A DNA stretch of 64,000 bases, taken from Abditibacterium sp. GTDB lineage: Bacteria > Armatimonadota > Abditibacteriia > Abditibacteriales > Abditibacteriaceae. The stretch covers positions 1,952,001 through 2,016,000 of the forward strand of contig CBDASK010000003.1 in NCBI GenBank assembly GCA_965199495.1, given 5' to 3'. The notes under the pieces were generated by a model that did no database searches, was not told the DNA's origin, and saw only the letters and a list, made by a program, of their open reading frames with translations. A program made the translations under genes and the position numbers. Below are positions 19,913 through 29,291 of the stretch, piece after piece. The stretch's first letter is position 1, and each line of letters opens with the position of its first letter.

Positions 19913-20947
19913 ATGAACAAACGTTATTTGATCGTAGATGTCGGCGGCACCAAAATTTTGGCGGCAATTTTAAACGGCGAGGGCGAAATTCTCGCGCGCC
20001 GCAAGCTCAAAACCGACCGCGCCGACAAAGCAACTCTGCTCGCCCAGATTGATGAAGCGATGAACGGCGCGCTCGACGACGCTGGACTCGCGCGCACCGA
20101 CATCGGCGGCGTGGCTCTGGGCGTGCCCGGCGTCGTCAACAGCAAAACCGGTTATGTCGTTGTCACACCCAACACGCCGCTCACCCAAACGCCTTTGGGC
20201 GAGCAGTTGCGCAAAAAATGGGATTGCCCGGTTATCGTGGGCAACGATGTCCGGCTCGGCATGGCGGGCGAGTTTTGGCGCGGCGCCGCGCGCGAGGCCA
20301 GTAGCGCGTTCGGCATTTTCGTCGGGACGGGCATTGGCGGCGGATTGATTCTGGACGGCAAAATCATCGAGGGTTTTCGCAGTTTGTGCGGCGAAATCGG
20401 CCACCTGATGATTCCGCTCGATGCCGACGAACAGTTGGGCATGACGACCAAAAAGCATCTGTTTCTGGAAGATTTGTGTTCGCGCACCGCCATCGAAAAC
20501 CAGTTGCGTCACGCGATTAACGAAGAAGGCAAAAAATCGATTTTAACTCAAATTGTCAGCGACAAAAAACTGACGCGCATCCGTTCGGGCGCGCTCAAAG
20601 AGGCGCTCAAAAAAGAAGACGAATTGGTCACCGACGTGGTGAAGCGCGCCAGTTACTTGCTGGGGTTTGCCAGCGCCAGCGTGTTGCACGTCGTTGACCC
20701 CGAAGTCATCGTTTTTGGCGGCGGCGTCATCGAGGCGTGCGGCAAATGGATGATGCCGTGGATTTCTAAAACCGTCGAACGCGTCGCGATGCAGGGCACG
20801 GGCGAACCGCCCAAAATCGTGCAATCCAAATTGGGCGACGACGCGATTCTCATCGGCGGTTTGGCGTTGCTGAAAGATCGGGAAGCTGCTGGAACGGCGA
20901 GCCGTGACGAGATTTTCGCGTCGGTGGATAAGCCAGTGCGCGGTTGA
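19913..20947 (+). CDS. ROK family sugar kinase (glucokinase-like)
   Basis: DVGGTK, GVPG, GNDV, GTGIGGG and GEIGH. Confidence 0.9.
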   Translation: MNKRYLIVDVGGTKILAAILNGEGEILARRKLKTDRADKATLLAQIDEAMNGALDDAGLARTDIGGVALGVPGVVNSKTGYVVVTPNTPLTQTPLGEQLRKKWDCPVIVGNDVRLGMAGEFWRGAAREASSAFGIFVGTGIGGGLILDGKIIEGFRSLCGEIGHLMIPLDADEQLGMTTKKHLFLEDLCSRTAIENQLRHAINEEGKKSILTQIVSDKKLTRIRSGALKEALKKEDELVTDVVKRASYLLGFASASVLHVVDPEVIVFGGGVIEACGKWMMPWISKTVERVAMQGTGEPPKIVQSKLGDDAILIGGLALLKDREAAGTASRDEIFASVDKPVRG

Positions 20948-20951
20948 AAGC

Positions 20952-21311
20952 ATGCTGTATCTGGACTTAAAAGACGTTATTTACCAATCGAAAGGAGCTT
21001 TGATGTGGAACGTTCCTGTGTGGTGGCTTCCTTTCATGATACCGAAAAGTGCGTCTTACGGTGCCGCTGAAATTTTATTTAATTCGGAGGCCATTCGTCT
21101 GCAAGTCATGGGAATCAACAAGTTTGAATTCGAGCGATCTGAAATAGAAATTCAAACGGACATTTTTCGTCTGACAGTCGGATATGGATTCCAAATTCTA
21201 CATCAACAAGAGAATATTCCTCTGGGAATAACTTTTGGTTTCGCGCTGAGCCAAGAACGCCGCGATGCTTGTGCAGCCAAGCTCAAAGAAACCGGTTTTG
21301 TCGTCTCGTAA
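20952..21311 (+). CDS. Hypothetical protein (AT-richer than its neighbours)
   Basis: 119-codon ORF starting 4 nt after the ROK stop; no recognisable motif. Confidence 0.55.
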   Translation: MLYLDLKDVIYQSKGALMWNVPVWWLPFMIPKSASYGAAEILFNSEAIRLQVMGINKFEFERSEIEIQTDIFRLTVGYGFQILHQQENIPLGITFGFALSQERRDACAAKLKETGFVVS

Positions 21312-21344
21312 CGAAGATTTCGAGTTGGCCGATATAGCCTCTCA

Positions 21345-21432
21345 CCTGTTAAAACAGCCAGCGCGCAAAAGAAAAGCGCCAATGCGACGTGGCTGCACTC
21401 GAACGTTGCGCCACTCGGCCAAGTTTTGTCGT
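21345..21432 (-). pseudogene. Diverged remnant duplicate of the 3' end of the MBOAT-like gene
   Basis: Translates DKTWPSGATFECSHVALALFFCALAVLTG, versus DEDWPRGAWFEIGHVALTLLFCALAILFG at about 21960-22047. Confidence 0.75.
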
Positions 21433-21510
21433 TGAAAGGACACCGTAAAACTTTAGAATTCGCCAGCCTCCCCAATTTTCGCAGGCGCGTTGATATGGTA
21501 AAATAATTTC

Positions 21511-21927
21511 ATGTCGAGTTCGCTCATTTGGTTTTTAGTCATCGCCATCTGTTTGGTTACCGGCGCTCTGGCCGCTCGTAAAGGCTACAGTTTTTGGCTA
21601 TGGCTTTTCGCGGGCGGCATTATTGGGCTGGTCATTCTGGCATTTTTGCCGTTCGTCAACAAGGGCGACTTTTCGGAAATCGAACGCAGAGAGCGCACCA
21701 AAACCGGCAATATCGTCGGCGGCGTTTTTACCGCGATTGCTCTGGTGCAACTGGTGCCACGTTTGTTGGCGTTAGTTATTGTTGCCTCGACGCCAAAGAT
21801 GTCGGGCGTTTCCATTGACGGACGCCAACTCACGCAGACCGAGTGGGACGCTTGCGGGCACGATATGGTGAAATGTCTGCAAATTGAAACCAATACGCAT
21901 CCCGAACGCTTTCGTTCTTCGCGCTAA
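21511..21927 (+). CDS. Small membrane protein (three hydrophobic segments)
   Basis: A.RKGYSFWLW...GIIGLVILAFLP motif; TG-N-TAAAAT 6 nt upstream of the ATG. Confidence 0.7.
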   Translation: MSSSLIWFLVIAICLVTGALAARKGYSFWLWLFAGGIIGLVILAFLPFVNKGDFSEIERRERTKTGNIVGGVFTAIALVQLVPRLLALVIVASTPKMSGVSIDGRQLTQTEWDACGHDMVKCLQIETNTHPERFRSSR

Positions 21928-21929
21928 AT

Positions 21930-23319
21930 TCACAGCCACGCCCTAAGCGGCACGACGCCGCCGAACAAAATTGCGAGCGCGCAAAACAAAAGCGTCAGCG
22001 CGACGTGGCCGATCTCGAACCACGCGCCGCGCGGCCAATCTTCGTCGCCGAAATAGAAGAAATCTGTGAGCAGACGCGCCGTCCAAAACGCGCCGTTAAA
22101 CAGCGAAACCGCGACGGAGGCGCGGTCGCCGCGCAGATATTCGTCGTGCAAAACCAGAGCGATGATGCCAAATGAAATGATCGTGCCGACGATAAAGCCG
22201 CCATAAGTCCAGAATACTTTGCGATTGAAACGACTAAGCGTTTTGAAGTCTTCACGCCAGTTCAACTGTTTGGGCACCTGAAACGACGCACACAAAATCA
22301 AGAAATGCCCCGCCGCGCCCAACCACAACGCGAGCGAAAAATACCAATCGAAGGTTTGACGATGTAGAATTTCGTCCAGAAATTCGACGAGCGGCCAAAT
22401 TAATGGCGCGCGAAATGGCGCGTGAAACAAAAGCGGCAACGGCAAAAATATCGCCAGCCACGCGCCGATGCGTTTGAGTGCAACGGGTAAATGCGGCTCA
22501 ATGAACGCGACGAGAACGCCCTGAATTAGAAAATACAATACGGCCCACCCCAAACCGACAACGCCGGATAGGAAATGCCCAATTCGTGCAAAATTCCCGA
22601 CACGACGAACACGCTGAGCAAAGCGCCGCGCGCGCCCAATCGTTTGCGGAGCGGGCGCAGAAACAGCAGCCGATCCATTTCGACAAACGGCAAATTCCAG
22701 CGCCGCGACCAAAAGTCGGCGAGCGATTCGGCGCGTTCGGGCGCGCGAAATAGCGGCCCGACGGCGAAACCGAGTTGACGAATCGCCCAAGGCAACATCG
22801 CGCCCAAACCAAAATGAACGATGAAGAGCAACGCCGCCAACGTCAGCCACGTCGCGGCGTCGAAAGTTAATTTGGGCAGATTCCACGCGACGGCGACCAG
22901 TAACGCCGCACCCGCCACAAAACATCCGGCGCCGCGAAACAGGCCGTGTTGCTTTGCGCGGTCGTCTTCGTTGTAGCCGATGCGCGGCGTTCGTTTGGCG
23001 AAACGCGCGCAGTTCGACGCCGGGCCAAATCGTGAAGTAAAGCAGCAAACCCAAACGTGAAAACGCGCGAATGGCGTCGCGCGAACGCTTGAGCGCGACC
23101 GCGCACTTGATGAGACCGAGTAAAACCGCCGTGGAAAATATCAGGCGCGCGAGCGGCGAAAATTGCGCGCCGATGATTAAAACAAACGCGACCCAACCGA
23201 GCCGGTAGCGCCCAAACCGCGATTTGGCGCGCGCGAGTTTGCAAGCGCCACACGGCCCAAAATGCGAGCGAGTAGATGATGACAATGAAAGCGAGACAAG
23301 TTAAAATTGACGTTGGCAC
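21930..23319 (-). pseudogene. MBOAT (wax-synthase-like) membrane O-acyltransferase fused to a 4-TM domain, broken by about 3 frameshifts
   Basis: SLADFWSRRWN and SGILHEL MBOAT motifs lie in ORF 22526-22918; the flanking parts are in two other frames (shifts near 23200, 22990 and 22540). Confidence 0.75.
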
Positions 23320-23372
23320 AGTAGAAATTTCAGAGGATTCTGCAAATTGTTGATGCTATTTTTCTTATTTTT

Positions 23373-23672
23373 ATGCATATTTCAGATTGGACGTGGGTTG
23401 GTTTTAGCGCAATATATTTTGCCCTTAATCTGGCCGCATGGCGCATTTTCGATCCTAAATCTTCATTCTATGCGGCAAGCAAGAATACAACTATTTCAAT
23501 TGCTACCTCACTGCTTCAAATTGCAATGTTTTTGATCTTCTTCTTAAATTTGATGGATGTGGTAATCATTCCTACCATGCCAGCAATGGGGCTGACCGTC
23601 TTCATTATGTATACGTCTTCTGCGTGGAGACACTATTTAAACCGCATTAAAACTCCTGAGTCAAATTCGTGA
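23373..23672 (+). CDS. AT-rich small membrane protein
   Basis: 99-aa hydrophobic ORF, clearly lower GC than its flanks. Confidence 0.55.
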   Translation: MHISDWTWVGFSAIYFALNLAAWRIFDPKSSFYAASKNTTISIATSLLQIAMFLIFFLNLMDVVIIPTMPAMGLTVFIMYTSSAWRHYLNRIKTPESNS

Positions 23673-23755
23673 ATCCCAATTTTTCAATCCACCAAATCAT
23701 CCGGCGCGAGCGGCACAGCTGTTGGCGGACGCAGAATTAATCTCTCTAAAAACGA

Positions 23756-23786
23756 AAAACCCGCCTCGTTTTTGGGGCGGGTTTTT
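23756..23786 (+). terminator. Intrinsic terminator
   Basis: AAAAACCCGCCTC-GTTTTT-GGGGCGGGTTTTT. Confidence 0.7.
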
Positions 23787-23909
23787 CTGGCATCGAGAGG
23801 GGCGATCAACTCCACGCGGTAAAGCGCATATTCACAACACGATGTTGAGGGATAGTTTACCGGCAATCGCCGCAGACGCAACGCTTTATACTCTGCGCAA
23901 CATCTACTT

Positions 23910-24905
23910 ATGCCCGAACTTTATATCCGTCAGGAAGTTTTGCCCAACCTCGCCAAAATTGACGCCATTCTCTTCGATATTGACGGCGTTTTACTGGACG
24001 TTTCCGCCTCGTTTCGCGCGGCGACGATTGAAACGATTCAATATTTCGCCGTTCACGAACTGGGCTTGGAAGATACCGGCAAAATTTTGGAAGTCGAAGA
24101 TGTCGAAGCGTTTAAGTTCGCCGGTGGCTTCAACGACGACTGGGATTTGACCTGCGCCGCCGCCGCTCTGGTTGTCGGCAAATGGGCGCAATCGAACGCT
24201 AAGGATACCGCCAGTTTGCGCAGCGTTGGCACGACGTGGAAAGAATTCACCGACGCGCTCAAACGTAAAGGCGGCGGCATTGTTGAGGCCGAGAATTTCG
24301 TGTTGGAAATGCTCAACCCGACGCAACGCCGCGAATTCGCGCGCAATTGGAACACGCGTTTGCTGACGCGTTTATTCCAAGAATTTTACGCGGGCGACGA
24401 CGCTTGCAAAAAGCTCTACGGCTTCGAGCCGGAGACTATCCACGGCCACGGTTATTACACGCGCGAAACGCCGTTGATTGACCCGGTTTTGACGCCGCCC
24501 AATCTGAAGTTGGGGGTCGTGACCGGGCGCCATCCCGCCGAAGCCGAGTTGGGTTTGCGGCACGCCAAAATGTTCAATCGGATTAAACCGGCGGGTTGGA
24601 TTACGCCCGAAAGCGGCGCCAAAAAACCCGATGGCCGCACGCTAATGATGGCGCGCGATGCTTTGGATTTCGGTTTCGGTTTGTTCATCGGCGACATTAT
24701 GGACGATTTGAACACGGTGCATAATTATCGCAAACTCAAGGGCGCGGGCAAGGCGCGCATTCTGTCGGCGATTTGTTTGACCGGGCCGGGCGGCGAAACC
24801 AAACGCCGCGAGTTTTTGGAAGCGGGCGCCGATATTGTCGCGCCCGACGTGAATATGTTGCTGGAATTTTTGGGCAACGTAAAGAAAGAAAGTAAAAGTA
24901 AATGA
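23910..24905 (+). CDS. HAD-superfamily hydrolase
   Basis: LFDIDGVL motif I, VTGR, KPD and FIGDIMDD motif IV. Confidence 0.85.
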   Translation: MPELYIRQEVLPNLAKIDAILFDIDGVLLDVSASFRAATIETIQYFAVHELGLEDTGKILEVEDVEAFKFAGGFNDDWDLTCAAAALVVGKWAQSNAKDTASLRSVGTTWKEFTDALKRKGGGIVEAENFVLEMLNPTQRREFARNWNTRLLTRLFQEFYAGDDACKKLYGFEPETIHGHGYYTRETPLIDPVLTPPNLKLGVVTGRHPAEAELGLRHAKMFNRIKPAGWITPESGAKKPDGRTLMMARDALDFGFGLFIGDIMDDLNTVHNYRKLKGAGKARILSAICLTGPGGETKRREFLEAGADIVAPDVNMLLEFLGNVKKESKSK

Positions 24906-24931
24906 AAACTTGATACGTTTTTATTTTTGAA

Positions 24932-25044
24932 CACAAAGAGGGAACGAAGTGAGCGAAGTAGAGGCGTAGTTTATAAAATTAAAACCAATAATTTAAAAGT
25001 CTTAAATCACGCCTCTACTTCGCTCACTTCGTTCCCTCTTTGTG
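24932..25044. repeat. Perfect 36-bp inverted repeat with an AT-rich spacer
   Basis: CACAAAGAGGGAACGAAGTGAGCGAAGTAGAGGCGT (24932-24967) and its reverse complement (25009-25044). Confidence 0.9.
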
Positions 25045-25081
25045 GTTTTTAAAAACATTGGTTAAATCTCTTCCCAACATC

Positions 25082-25561
25082 ATGTCCGCGAAAATCGTTC
25101 AAATCAATGTCAACGCCAAAGGCGGCGTGCCCAAATTGCCCGTCGAACAAACGCGTCTGGGTTTCGAGCGCGTCGAAGGCGATAAACAGCGCAACCTGCG
25201 CGTTCACGGCGGGCCAAAGCGCGCGGTGTGTTTGTATTCGCTCGAAATCATCGAGAAACTGCGCGATGAAGGCCATCCGATTGAAAGCGGTTGGGCGGGC
25301 GAAAACTTGCTCGTTTCCGGTTTAAAATGGGACGAAATGGTGCCCGGCGTGCGCTTGCAAATTGGCGAGGCACAAATCGAGATTACGTCTTATGCCAATC
25401 CATGCAAGTTCATCGGCTACGCGTTTACAGACGACGATTTCAATCGCATTGGCCAGAAGCAGCATCCGGGTTGGAGCCGCATTTACGGACGCGTGACAAC
25501 CGAAGCGCAAGTCAAGGTGGGCGATGAAGTGCGCGTTTTGATTGATGAATCGGATGCCTAA
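25082..25561 (+). CDS. MOSC domain protein
   Basis: GGVPK, GD.Q.N.RVHGGPKRAV, GENL, PC and VKVGD. Confidence 0.88.
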   Translation: MSAKIVQINVNAKGGVPKLPVEQTRLGFERVEGDKQRNLRVHGGPKRAVCLYSLEIIEKLRDEGHPIESGWAGENLLVSGLKWDEMVPGVRLQIGEAQIEITSYANPCKFIGYAFTDDDFNRIGQKQHPGWSRIYGRVTTEAQVKVGDEVRVLIDESDA

Positions 25562-25615
25562 ATTTGCGCACTCAAGTGCGCGCGATGCGCCCTATGATTC
25601 GTCAGACTTGGCGCC

Positions 25616-26131
25616 ATGTCAATTTCTCAAAATTGGATCGCAAAATTCGCCGGACGCGTTTTGGCGAGCGCGTTTATCGGTGGATTTTTCACCGCAATTA
25701 CCGGCGCGCTGTGTGTAGCCACGGCGGGCGCGTTGTTCGGTTGGATGCTCGATATTCGCAGCACGCCGCCCAGTTGGGACGGCGGATTTCTGTTTCCCGG
25801 CGCGTGGCTGGGCGCCACTTTAGGCAGTTATAGCGGATTCGTTGGCCTCTTCGCGGGCGGCGTGGCGGCATTAGGCGGCGGGCCGAAAGGCTCGATTGTG
25901 CCGTCGCGCGCTTTACTTCGTAACATCGCGTTGGGCCAGATATTAGGCACGGTGAGCGCGGTTTCCTCTTATTTGTTGTTCGCCCTGTGCGTTGCGCAAT
26001 TCAACGGCAACTCGTTTATCGGCACCGTCGAAGACAATCTCGAACTGGCGATTTATGGCGTGCCAGTTTCGATGGTTTGCGGTGCGATTATGGGCGCAAT
26101 TTCGGGACGCGCCAACGGGGCAACGCGATGA
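25616..26131 (+). CDS. Gly/Ala-rich membrane protein, paralog 1
   Basis: GRVLASAFIGG...GQILGT...PVSMVCGAIMGA shared with the genes at 26128 and 29292. Confidence 0.7.
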   Translation: MSISQNWIAKFAGRVLASAFIGGFFTAITGALCVATAGALFGWMLDIRSTPPSWDGGFLFPGAWLGATLGSYSGFVGLFAGGVAALGGGPKGSIVPSRALLRNIALGQILGTVSAVSSYLLFALCVAQFNGNSFIGTVEDNLELAIYGVPVSMVCGAIMGAISGRANGATR

Positions 26132-26625
26132 ACAACGCGCGATTATTTGCGCTTTGGCTGATTCGCGTTTTAGTCAATGCGCTGGCGGGCGGTTTGGCGT
26201 TCGCGGTTGTCGGCGCGTTTTGCGGCGGCGGTGCGGTCTTATTTCCCGCCCTGATTATTTGCTTGCTCGAACATATTGGAATGGGTGAAGGCTCCATATT
26301 AGGAGTTATCATCGGCGCAAGTCTCGGAACAATATGCGGAATCGCGGGCATTTTTATTCATCTTTTTTTTGCATTAGGCGCGGAACCGGGCAAGTTCTGG
26401 CAACCATTCGTTGGCCTAACGGCGCGTATATCATGGGGGCAGATAGGAGGCACAATCGCCGCCTCTGCCGCGTTTATCGCATTTGAGTTAGTTCGGTCAC
26501 AATTCAATAGGGTCGAATTTTCTAACAATATTGGCAAAGACTGTATCCCGATTCTTTCCACTTTTTTCGTTCCCATTTCGATGATCCTCGGCGCCATCGC
26601 CGCCGCGATTTTGGGGCGCGATTAA
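26128..26625 (+). CDS. Gly/Ala-rich membrane protein, paralog 2
   Basis: RVLVNALAGG...GQIGGT...PISMILGAIAAA; ATGA overlap with paralog 1. Confidence 0.7.
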   Translation: MNNARLFALWLIRVLVNALAGGLAFAVVGAFCGGGAVLFPALIICLLEHIGMGEGSILGVIIGASLGTICGIAGIFIHLFFALGAEPGKFWQPFVGLTARISWGQIGGTIAASAAFIAFELVRSQFNRVEFSNNIGKDCIPILSTFFVPISMILGAIAAAILGRD

Positions 26626-26794
26626 ACCGCAAAACCGTCGCGTCCGATTATACTAAATCGTGATATTTCACTTATGGCCGATTCGCCTTGCGGAGCGCCG
26701 CGAAAGTCGTAAAATCATCATTGGTTATCCCTTCTGAGGATTTATCTCCCCACCAGGGTTTGTGCTAAAACCGCGCACTTCGAGGCGCACCGGC

Positions 26795-27541
26795 ATGAAC
26801 CTCTATCTCTTATTTTTCGCAACGGGCGCACTGGGAATGGTCGCTATGGCCATTCTCGGAGTCGCCGGAAGTCACGGCGGTGGGCACGCGCATAGCAGCC
26901 ACGGCGCCACTTCTCATTCTCACGCGGGCGCGGCTCATGCCGCCACGCACATCGCTGTCGTCGGACGCGGCGCGGCGGGCGCGCGCATCGCGGGCGCCAA
27001 AGTTGGTGGCGCGCGCGTGACCGGTGCGAAAACTTCCGGCGCGCGCGCGAGCGGCGCGCGTGGCAATCGTGGCGCGCGGGCCAATGCTGGCGGGCGCGGC
27101 AGTTTCAAAGACGCGCTCGCAAGTTGGCTTTCGCCGCGCGTTTTGTTCACCGTTGCGCTGGGCATCGGCGCGACGGGCTTGTTGTTAGAGCCAGTTCTCT
27201 CCAACGAAATCGCGCGCGCGGCGTTGTCCGTCGCGGGCGGATTATTGCTGGAAAAAGCGATTGTGGCGCCGTTATGGGAACTGCTGATGCGGTTCGGTTC
27301 GTCGCCCGCGCGCACGCTCGAAAGCGCTGTTTTGGAAGAAGCCGTCGCGCTCACGGCGTTCGATTCCAGCGGTTGCGGCCTGGTTGCAATTACGCTCGAC
27401 GGCCACGAAATGCGCGCTCTGGCGCGCCTCAAACCCGGCGAAGGTTTGCCGCCGCCGCGCGTGCGGACGGGCGATGTTCTCATCGTCGAAAGCGTTGATG
27501 CCACGCGCGGTCAATGCGTTGTTTCAGCTCTGGGCGAATAA
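26795..27541 (+). CDS. NfeD-like membrane protein (flotillin partner)
   Basis: N-terminal TM, His-rich and GAR-rich linker, two TMs and a C-terminal OB-like domain; directly upstream of the SPFH gene. Confidence 0.7.
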   Translation: MNLYLLFFATGALGMVAMAILGVAGSHGGGHAHSSHGATSHSHAGAAHAATHIAVVGRGAAGARIAGAKVGGARVTGAKTSGARASGARGNRGARANAGGRGSFKDALASWLSPRVLFTVALGIGATGLLLEPVLSNEIARAALSVAGGLLLEKAIVAPLWELLMRFGSSPARTLESAVLEEAVALTAFDSSGCGLVAITLDGHEMRALARLKPGEGLPPPRVRTGDVLIVESVDATRGQCVVSALGE

Positions 27542-27700
27542 ATTCGCAGCCAGAAAAAATCGTCGGCCTGCGCCGACGGGTCGCAACTGCTATTGCGACG
27601 AACTGTTCTTCGGACAAGTAATTTCTTCGCGTCGGCGTAGGCCGACGCTTATGCTGGCTGCGAATTTATTCGCTCCACAACCCAATTTCCAAAAACCAAA

Positions 27701-29185
27701 ATGTCTCCACTCATCATTATCGGCGCCGTATTGCTGATCCTTCTGTTCATTGTTCCGCTCACCGTCACCTCGTTTTTGCGCAACGTCGAGGCCGGAACCA
27801 TCCGCCTCGTCACGCGCTGGGGCGGCACCACAACGATTTATCGCGGGCCGGGCAAATCGTTTGAAATTCCGCTTTTCACGACCGGAACCACGATTTCGTC
27901 CAAAGCCATCAACGTTGACCTCGACATCACCGACCAAACCGCCGACCTCGACCGCAACGGCATTCCCGCGCCCATTAAAGTGCGCGTTTTGGCTTCGGCC
28001 ATCGTTTCGGTTGGCGATACCGACAGCCTGATTCAGACCGGCGCCAACCGCTTTTTCTCCAAGCCGCAAAACGAACAAATCAACATTTTGATTGATTTGT
28101 TGTCATCGTCGGGCCGCCGCGCGGTCAACTTGCTGACGCACGACCAACTGTTTTCGGCGAAAAGTTCGACGCCTCAGGCTGCCATCGAACCGGCTTCGAC
28201 GGCGATTCAGGCGCACGCCGCCGAAGACGACGACGATCCGTTGGCAATTATCATTCGCAAAGCCTGTTCGCGCGAGCTGACCGATTTGGGCTTGATTTTC
28301 AATTCGCTCAACATCAAAGTCGTGCAATCGGAAGTCGCCGAAGCGCGCCGCCGCATGAGCGCCGTCGAAGCCCAAGCCAACGCCGACATCGTCGCCGCCA
28401 ACCAAGCGCGCCGCTCGCAGGAAGCCAAAATCGAAGCCGAACGCGCCATCTCCGACGCGCAACGCGGTCTGGAAGAAAACAAAGCCGCCAACGCCGCTTT
28501 GGTTCAAGAAGCCGAAATCAAGAAAGTTCAGGCGCTCGAAATCGCCGAAGCCAAACGCAAAGAGGCCGCTTCGACGGCTCAGGCCAGCGCCGACATCATC
28601 GCCGCGCAACAGGCGTTGCGCGCGCGCGAAGCCCAATTGGAAGCCGACAGCAAAGTCTCGAACGCGCAGCGCGAACTCGAAACCACGCGCGCTGGCAACC
28701 TGGCTTTGGTCGCCGCCGCCGAAGCCAAACGTCAAGACGCTTTGGCGATTCAGCGCACCGCCGAACTTAAAGCCACGCAAATCGCGCAAGCCACCGCCGA
28801 CGCCGAGCGCGTAAAAATTGACGCGATGGCGGGCGCCGAAGCCGAAGCCGTGCGCATCGAACGCGTCGCCACGGCGCAGGCGCAAAGCATCCGCGAAGTC
28901 AACAAAGCGATCAGCGAAGGCGGCGAAGCGTATTTGCGCTTGCGCCAACTCGAACTGATGCCCGAAATCGCGCCCGAAATCGCGAGGGCGTTGGCGCAGG
29001 CCAAAATGATCACGATTAGCGGAAGCGGCGACGCGGCCAATCAGACGACCGGCCAGATTTCGCAGGTGATTCAAACGATGCTCGCCGCGCAATTGGTGGG
29101 CAAAGGTGGCGCGCTCGATATGAATAACACGCCCGCATTGAACGGCAACGGCAACGGCGTGGCTGCTAACGGCGCGGAGAAATAA
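27701..29185 (+). CDS. Flotillin/SPFH domain protein
   Basis: N-terminal TM, SPFH region and a long AEA-rich coiled coil. Confidence 0.8.
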   Translation: MSPLIIIGAVLLILLFIVPLTVTSFLRNVEAGTIRLVTRWGGTTTIYRGPGKSFEIPLFTTGTTISSKAINVDLDITDQTADLDRNGIPAPIKVRVLASAIVSVGDTDSLIQTGANRFFSKPQNEQINILIDLLSSSGRRAVNLLTHDQLFSAKSSTPQAAIEPASTAIQAHAAEDDDDPLAIIIRKACSRELTDLGLIFNSLNIKVVQSEVAEARRRMSAVEAQANADIVAANQARRSQEAKIEAERAISDAQRGLEENKAANAALVQEAEIKKVQALEIAEAKRKEAASTAQASADIIAAQQALRAREAQLEADSKVSNAQRELETTRAGNLALVAAAEAKRQDALAIQRTAELKATQIAQATADAERVKIDAMAGAEAEAVRIERVATAQAQSIREVNKAISEGGEAYLRLRQLELMPEIAPEIARALAQAKMITISGSGDAANQTTGQISQVIQTMLAAQLVGKGGALDMNNTPALNGNGNGVAANGAEK

Positions 29186-29187
29186 AT

Positions 29188-29276
29188 GCAAAGAGCGGGG
29201 CTGACGCACCCTTCCAATCTGTATGCTTTCGATGAAAGCATACAGATTGGAAGGGTGCGTCAGCCCCGCTCTTTGC
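29188..29276. repeat. Perfect 43-bp-arm palindrome with a 3-nt loop
   Basis: GCAAAGAGCGGGGCTGACGCACCCTTCCAATCTGTATGCTTTC-GAT-exact reverse complement. Confidence 0.92.
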
Positions 29277-29291
29277 GTCACACTTGCAATT

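Noticed and set aside
23684..23732. Short GC-rich minus-strand stretch (..PPTAVPLAPDDLVD*) as another stranded 3' end; a similar idea at 53010-53080
   Set aside because: No convincing matching parent gene within the window, so it cannot be supported.
23788..23880. tRNA or tmRNA on the minus strand (ends in ...GCCA)
   Set aside because: No T-loop (TTCRA) and no cloverleaf can be formed.
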